A DNA stretch of 64,000 bases from Eukaryota sp. TZLM1-RC (lineage: Eukaryota > Protista > Metamonada: BaSk clade), in contig JAUPSS010000004.1 in assembly GCA_040285825.1 (NCBI GenBank), forward strand, positions 4,431,784 to 4,495,783. Reading direction: 5' to 3'. The notes beneath the pieces are model-generated. The model was not told the DNA's origin, did no database searches, and saw nothing but the letters and a program-made list of their open reading frames with translations. Shown one piece after another: positions 59,301-64,000 of the stretch; position 1 is the first letter of the stretch; every line of letters starts with the position of its first letter. Position numbers and translations under genes: made by a program.

Positions 59301-62300
59301 CTAAGGTGAATGAAGAAATAGTATTGTCTGTAGAATCAATCTCAACTTGACCATTTTCTAAGAACAAGCTATTGATTGAAGACTTTGTAACTTTAACCAA
59401 GCAATCAGAACAGTCGACTTTGAGAGGACTAGTAGCTTCAGTAACAAGAGTAGCATGATACACCTCCACATTACCATTGGAAGAAATTGTAATACCTTGA
59501 TGGTTGATATGTTCAGTAAAAACAAAAGAGCCTGCCCCTAAAACTAAATCTTCACCAATAGAAAGGTCTTCAAAACTTAAAATACCAGTGGTTTTAATTG
59601 TTCCATTAGCTTCCAAATTTGCGGTAATTCTACTACTGTCAGAACTTGTTTCTATTGTACCTAGAACATTCAAAGTATCTGTTGATTCAAGATTAGCGAC
59701 TTCCAAGTAGCCATTCTCTGAAACAGTGAATGTGTTACCATTGGCTACATCAGCTACGTTGAAATGGGTATCAACATTGACTTTACCATTATTATTGATT
59801 GTTAAATCAAGCAAATGAGAACAGGATTCACTTGATGGAACTTCCAATTCACCTGTTTCTTGAACATTTAAAATGGAGGTATGGGCAGTGAGACAAGGAG
59901 ATAAATTAATCTTGGCAGACAATTCAATGGTCAAGTCATTCATTACAGCATCACCAGCAATTGAACTATTATTAGAAAGAACAAGTTTGGCACTAGAAAC
60001 ACCTTGAACAGTACCAGCAGTCCAGGTTAATGTTTCAACTGTTAAAACAGAATCTTCAGTTAGGGTGACTTTGCCATCATCTAAGGTGAATGAAGAAATA
60101 GTATTGTTTGTAGAATCAATCTCAACTTGACCATTTTCTAAGAACAAGCTATTGATTGAAGACTTTGTAACTTTAACTAAGCAATCAGAACAGTCGACTT
60201 TGAGAGGACTAGTAGCGTCAGTGACAACAGTAGCATGATACACCTCCACATTACCATTGGAAGAAATTGTAATACCTTGATGGTTGATATGTTCAGTAAA
60301 AACAAAAGAGCCTGTTTCTAAAACTAAAGCTTCACCAATAGAAAGGTCTTCAAAAGTTAAAATACCAGTGGTTTTAATTGTTCCATTAGCTTCCAAATGT
60401 GCGGTAATTCTACTACTGTCAGAACTGGTTTCTAATGTACCTAGAACATTCAAAGTATCTGTTGATTCAAGATTAGCGACTTCCAAGTAGCCATTCTCTG
60501 AAACAGTGAATGTGTTACCATTGGCTACATCAGTTACGTTGAAATGGGTATCAACATTGACTTTACCATTATTATTGATTGTTAAATCAAGCAAATGAGA
60601 ACAGGATTCACTTGCTGGAACTTCCAATTCACCTGTTTCTTGAGCATTTAAAATGGAGGTATGGGCAGTGAGACAAGGAGATAAATTAATCTTGGCAGAC
60701 AATTCAATAGTCAAGTCATTCATAACAGCATCACCAGCAATTGAACCATTATTAGAAAGAACAAGTTTGGCACTAGAACCACCTTGAATAGTACCAGCAG
60801 TCCAGGTTAATGTTTCAACTGCTAAGATAGAATCTTCAGTTAGGGTGACCTTGCCATCATCTAAGGTGAGAGAAGAAATAGTATTGTCTGTAGAATCAAT
60901 CTCAACCTGACCATTTTTCAATGCTAAATCATTAATTGTAGACTTTGTAACTTTGACCAAGCAATCAGAACAGTCGACTTTGAAAGAACCATCAGTATCA
61001 GTTGCAACAGTAGCATGATACACCTCCACATTACCATTGGAAGAAATTGTAATACCTTGATGGTTGATATGATCAGTAAAAACAAAAGAACCTGTTTCTA
61101 AAACTAAATCTTCACCAATAGAAAGGTCTTCAAAAGTTAAAATACCAGTGGTTTTAATTGTTCCATTAGCTTCCATATTTGCGGTAATTCTACTACTGTC
61201 AGAACTAGTTTCTAATGTACCTAGAACATTCAAAGTATCTGTTGATTCAAGATTAGCGATTTCCAAGTAGCCATTCTCTGAAACAGTGAATGTGTTACCA
61301 TTGGCTACATCCGTTACGTTGAAATGGGTATCAACATTGACTTTACCATTATTATTGATTGTTAAATCAAGCAAATGAGAACAGGATTCACTTGATGGAA
61401 CTTCCAATTCACCTGTTTCTTGAACATTTAAAATGGAGGTATGGGCAGTGAGACAAGGAGATAAATTAATCTTGGCAGACAATTCAATGGTCAAGTCATT
61501 CATTACAGCATCACCAGCAATTGAACTATTATCAGAAAGAACAAGTTTGGCACTAGAAACACCTTGAATAGTACCAGCATTCCAGGTTAATGTTTCAACT
61601 GTTAAAATAGAATCTTCAGTGAAGGTGACCTTGCCATCATCTAAGGCGAAGGAAGAAATAGTATTGTCTGTAGAATCAATCTCAGCTTGACCATTTTTCA
61701 ATGCTAAATCATTAATTGTAGACTTTGTAACTTTGACCAAGCAATCAGAACAGTCGACTTTGAAAGAACCATCAGCATCAGTTGCAACAGTAGCATGATA
61801 CACCTCCACATTACCATTGGAAGAAATTGTAATGCCATGATGGTTGATATGTTCAGTAAAAACAAAAGAACCTGTTTCTAAAACTAAATCTTCACCAATA
61901 GAAAGGTCTTCAAAAGTTAAAATACCAGTGGTTTTAATTGTTCCATTAGCTTCCATATTTGCGGTAATTCTACTACTGTCAGAACTAGTTTCTAATGTAC
62001 CTAGAACATTCAAAGTATCTGTTGATTCAAGATTAGTGACTTCCAAGTAGCCATTCTCTGAAACAGTGAATGTGTTAGCATTAGCTACATCAGCTACGTT
62101 GAAATGGGTATCAACATTGACTTTACCATTATTATTGATTGTTAAATCAAGCAAATGAGAACAGGATTCACTTGATGGAACTTCCAATTTACCTGTTTCG
62201 TGAACATTTAAAATGGAGGTATGGGCAGTGAGACAAGGAGATAAATTAATCTTGGCAGACAATTCAATGGTCAAGTCATTCATAACAGCATCACCAGCAA

Positions 62301-64000
62301 TTGAACCAATATCAGAAAGAATCAGTTTGGCACTAGAAACACCTTGAATAGTACCAGCAGTCCAGGTTAATGTTTCAACTGTTAAAACAGAATCTTCAGT
62401 TAGGGTGACTTTGCCATCATCTAAGGTGAATGAAGAAATAGTATTGTTTGTAGAATCAATCTCAACTTGACCATTTTCTAAGAACAAGCTATTGATTGAA
62501 GACTTTGTAACTTTAACTAAGCAATCAGAACAGTCGACTTTGAGAGGACTAGTAGCGTCAGTGACAACAGTAGCATGATACACCTCCACATTACCATTGG
62601 AAGAAATTGTAATACCTTGATGGTTGATATGATCAGTAAAAACAAAAGAACCTGTTTCTAAAACTAAATCTTCACCAATAGAAAGGTCTTCAAAAGTTAA
62701 AATACCAGTGGTTTTAATCGTTCCATTAGCTTCCAAATTTGCGGTAATTCTACTACTGTCAGAACTGGTTTCTAATGTACCTAGAACATTCAAAGTATCT
62801 GTTGATTCAAGATTAGCGACTTCCAAGTAGCCATTCTCTGAAACAGTGAATGTGTTACCATTGGCTACATCCGTTACGTTGAAATGGGTATCAACATTGA
62901 CTTTACCATTATTATTGATTGTTAAATCAAGCAAATGAGAACAGGATTCAGTTGATGAAACTTCCAATTCACCTGTTTCTTCAACATTTAAAATGGAGGT
63001 ATGGGCAGTGAGACAAGGAGATAAATTAATCTTGGCAGACAATTCAATAGTCAAGTCATTCATAACAGCATCACCAGCAATTGAACCATTATTAGAAAGA
63101 ACAAGTTTGGCACTAGAACCACCTTGAATAGTACCAGCAGTCCAGGTTAATGTTTCAACTGTTAAGATAGAATCTTCAGTTAGGGTGACTTTGCCATCAT
63201 CTAAGGTGAATGAAGAAATAGTATTGTTTGTAGAATCAATCTCAACTTGACCATTTTCTAAGAACAAGCTATTGATTGAAGACTTTGTAACTTTAACTAA
63301 GCAATCAGAACAGTCGACTTTGAGAGGACTAGTAGCGTCAGTGACAACAGTAGCATGATACACCTCCACATTACCATTGGAAGAAATTGTAATACCTTGA
63401 TGGTTGATATGATCAGTAAAAACAAAAGAACCTGTTTCTAAAACTAAATCTTCACCAATAGAAAGGTCTTCAAAAGTTAAAATACCAGTGGTTTTAATCG
63501 TTCCATTAGCTTCCAAATTTGCGGCAATTCTACTACTGTCAGAACTGGTTTCTAATGTACCTAGAACATTCAAAGTATCTGTTGATTCAAGATTAGCGAC
63601 TTCCAAGTAGCCATTCTCTGAAACAGTGAATGTGTTACCATTGGCTACATCCGTTACGTTGAAATGGGTATCAACATTGACTTTACCATTATTATTGATT
63701 GTTAAATCAAGCAAATGAGAACAAGATTCAGTTGATGAAACTTCCAATTCACCTGTTTCTTCAACATTTAAAATGGAGGTATGGGCAGTGAGACAAGGAG
63801 ATAAATTAATCTTGGCAAACAATTCAATAGTCAAGTCATTCATAACAGCCTCACCAGCAATTGAACCATTATTAGAAAGAACAAGTTTGGCACTAGAAAC
63901 ACCTTGAACAGTACCAGCAGTCCAGGTTAATGTTTCAACTGTTAAGATAGAATCTTCAGTGAAAATGACCTTGCCATCATCTAAGGTGAAGGAAGAAATA
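56353..64000 (-). CDS. Giant type-I surface protein with 260-aa tandem repeats (5' end beyond window)
   Basis: Open frame >2500 aa; EGF/PSI-like module, TM LAGILITIILISLALYF, acidic tail. Confidence 0.9.
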   Translation of the reverse strand, partial: ISSFTLDDGKVIFTEDSILTVETLTWTAGTVQGVSSAKLVLSNNGSIAGEAVMNDLTIELFAKINLSPCLTAHTSILNVEETGELEVSSTESCSHLLDLTINNNGKVNVDTHFNVTDVANGNTFTVSENGYLEVANLESTDTLNVLGTLETSSDSSRIAANLEANGTIKTTGILTFEDLSIGEDLVLETGSFVFTDHINHQGITISSNGNVEVYHATVVTDATSPLKVDCSDCLVKVTKSSINSLFLENGQVEIDSTNNTISSFTLDDGKVTLTEDSILTVETLTWTAGTIQGGSSAKLVLSNNGSIAGDAVMNDLTIELSAKINLSPCLTAHTSILNVEETGELEVSSTESCSHLLDLTINNNGKVNVDTHFNVTDVANGNTFTVSENGYLEVANLESTDTLNVLGTLETSSDSSRITANLEANGTIKTTGILTFEDLSIGEDLVLETGSFVFTDHINHQGITISSNGNVEVYHATVVTDATSPLKVDCSDCLVKVTKSSINSLFLENGQVEIDSTNNTISSFTLDDGKVTLTEDSVLTVETLTWTAGTIQGVSSAKLILSDIGSIAGDAVMNDLTIELSAKINLSPCLTAHTSILNVHETGKLEVPSSESCSHLLDLTINNNGKVNVDTHFNVADVANANTFTVSENGYLEVTNLESTDTLNVLGTLETSSDSSRITANMEANGTIKTTGILTFEDLSIGEDLVLETGSFVFTEHINHHGITISSNGNVEVYHATVATDADGSFKVDCSDCLVKVTKSTINDLALKNGQAEIDSTDNTISSFALDDGKVTFTEDSILTVETLTWNAGTIQGVSSAKLVLSDNSSIAGDAVMNDLTIELSAKINLSPCLTAHTSILNVQETGELEVPSSESCSHLLDLTINNNGKVNVDTHFNVTDVANGNTFTVSENGYLEIANLESTDTLNVLGTLETSSDSSRITANMEANGTIKTTGILTFEDLSIGEDLVLETGSFVFTDHINHQGITISSNGNVEVYHATVATDTDGSFKVDCSDCLVKVTKSTINDLALKNGQVEIDSTDNTISSLTLDDGKVTLTEDSILAVETLTWTAGTIQGGSSAKLVLSNNGSIAGDAVMNDLTIELSAKINLSPCLTAHTSILNAQETGELEVPASESCSHLLDLTINNNGKVNVDTHFNVTDVANGNTFTVSENGYLEVANLESTDTLNVLGTLETSSDSSRITAHLEANGTIKTTGILTFEDLSIGEALVLETGSFVFTEHINHQGITISSNGNVEVYHATVVTDATSPLKVDCSDCLVKVTKSSINSLFLENGQVEIDSTNNTISSFTLDDGKVTLTEDSVLTVETLTWTAGTVQGVSSAKLVLSNNSSIAGDAVMNDLTIELSAKINLSPCLTAHTSILNVQETGELEVPSSESCSHLLDLTINNNGKVNVDTHFNVADVANGNTFTVSENGYLEVANLESTDTLNVLGTIETSSDSSRITANLEANGTIKTTGILSFEDLSIGEDLVLGAGSFVFTEHINHQGITISSNGNVEVYHATLVTEATSPLKVDCSDCLVKVTKSSINSLFLENGQVEIDSTDNTISSFTLDDGKVTLTEDSVLTVETLTWTAGTVQGVSSAKLVLSNNGSIAGDAVMNDLTIELSAKINLSPCLTAHTSILNVQETGELEVPSTESCSHFLDLTINNNGKVNVDTHFNVADVANANTFTVSKNGYLEVANLESTDTLNVLGTLETSSDSSRITANLEASGTIKTTGILTFEDLSIDETLVLETGSFVFTEHINHHGITISSNGNVEVYHATVATDATSPLKVDCSDCLVKVTKSTINSLFLENGQVEIDSTDNTISSLTLDDGKVTLTEDSILTVETLTWTAGTIEGGSSGKLVLSNNGSIAGDAVMNDLTIEISSKINLSPCLTAHTSILNVQETGELEVPSSESCSHLLDLTINNNGKVNVDTHFNVADVANGNTFTVSEAGYLEVANLESTDTLNVLGTLETSSDSSRITANLEANGTIKTTGILTFEDLSIGEDLVLETGSFVFTEHINHQGITISSNGNVEVYHATVATDADGSFKVDCSDCLVKVTKSTINDLALKNGQAEIDSTDNTISSFALDDGKVTFTEDSILTVEALTWTAGTIQGVSSAKLIIFDNGSIAGDAVMNDLTIEMSSKINLSPCLTAHTSILNVQETGELEVSSSESCSHLLDLTINNNGKVNVGTHFNLTEFINYGVFQVPQAWSLECVLKINSGRTDIYGDLFSQETIEITGGNVVFGNTSIHAVDINYKEFGPAFTSVETEYTQFRGVYVETLRIMEGNVRFVNDPSTINTLISSTSSPIVVDVAVSVDTFIPAPGSSIEGEGVISTPRGDHSKDKTECKWGFFGFDCLGTCSDFINCDECTTNEACGWILEDKSSIDDGECVVVIDGEPKVDYNYLLIETCSFDPLDNEETTNYPLAGILITIILISLALYFTMRLFGKEESKYIPRVHLRTIDPVELNDVSIHPVASEHEIEIHVSGDSIVSDQEEDKKSAIEVIIDDVEDRVVSDREKLSSSEKELHDTEHTSGEEDTKEETSLSVD
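57420..64000 (-). repeat. Coding tandem array, 780-bp unit, at least 8.4 copies
   Basis: Exact 780-bp periodicity (for example lines 57421, 58201, 58981 ... 63661 all begin GAAATGGGTA). Confidence 0.97.

Noticed and set aside
57944-62050. Repeated plus-strand 68-aa ORFs
   Set aside because: Antisense shadows of the 780-bp coding repeat.

Overview
AT-rich eukaryotic (protist-like) genomic window. It uses the standard genetic code, has very short 3' UTRs, and contains tiny GT-AG introns of 24-35 nt. Host genes: two convergent ABCB half-transporters sharing a ~1.17 kb inverted repeat, proteasome Rpn2, a TRIC/TMEM38-like membrane protein, a secreted LRR protein, a divergent Stm1/SERBP1 + IFRD pair, and two convergent type-I surface proteins that share near-identical modules (one has >8 tandem 780-bp repeats and runs off the window end). 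Much of the rest is mobile DNA: many decayed RLE-type (CRE-like) non-LTR retrotransposon pieces of about four families, a complete chromodomain-type Ty3/Gypsy (154-bp LTRs, ATCT TSD), a second Gypsy remnant, a Mutator element (TIRs, 9-bp TSD), a ~1.1 kb mini-LTR element with a HExxGH cargo ORF that is partly triplicated, and an intronless virus-like ORF island with an SF2 helicase fragment. The most notable observations are: (1) a divergent Fanzor1-like RNA-guided nuclease gene (31199-33111, minus) with Gln at the RuvC-II Glu position and downstream hairpins that may be an omega-RNA scaffold; (2) two LTR elements with different LTR sequences that both carry a perfect palindrome, rather than a tRNA primer-binding site, at the 5'-LTR junction; (3) inverted, module-sharing surface-protein genes that could be shuffled by recombination. 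All family assignments come from motif recognition by eye; no database searches were run.
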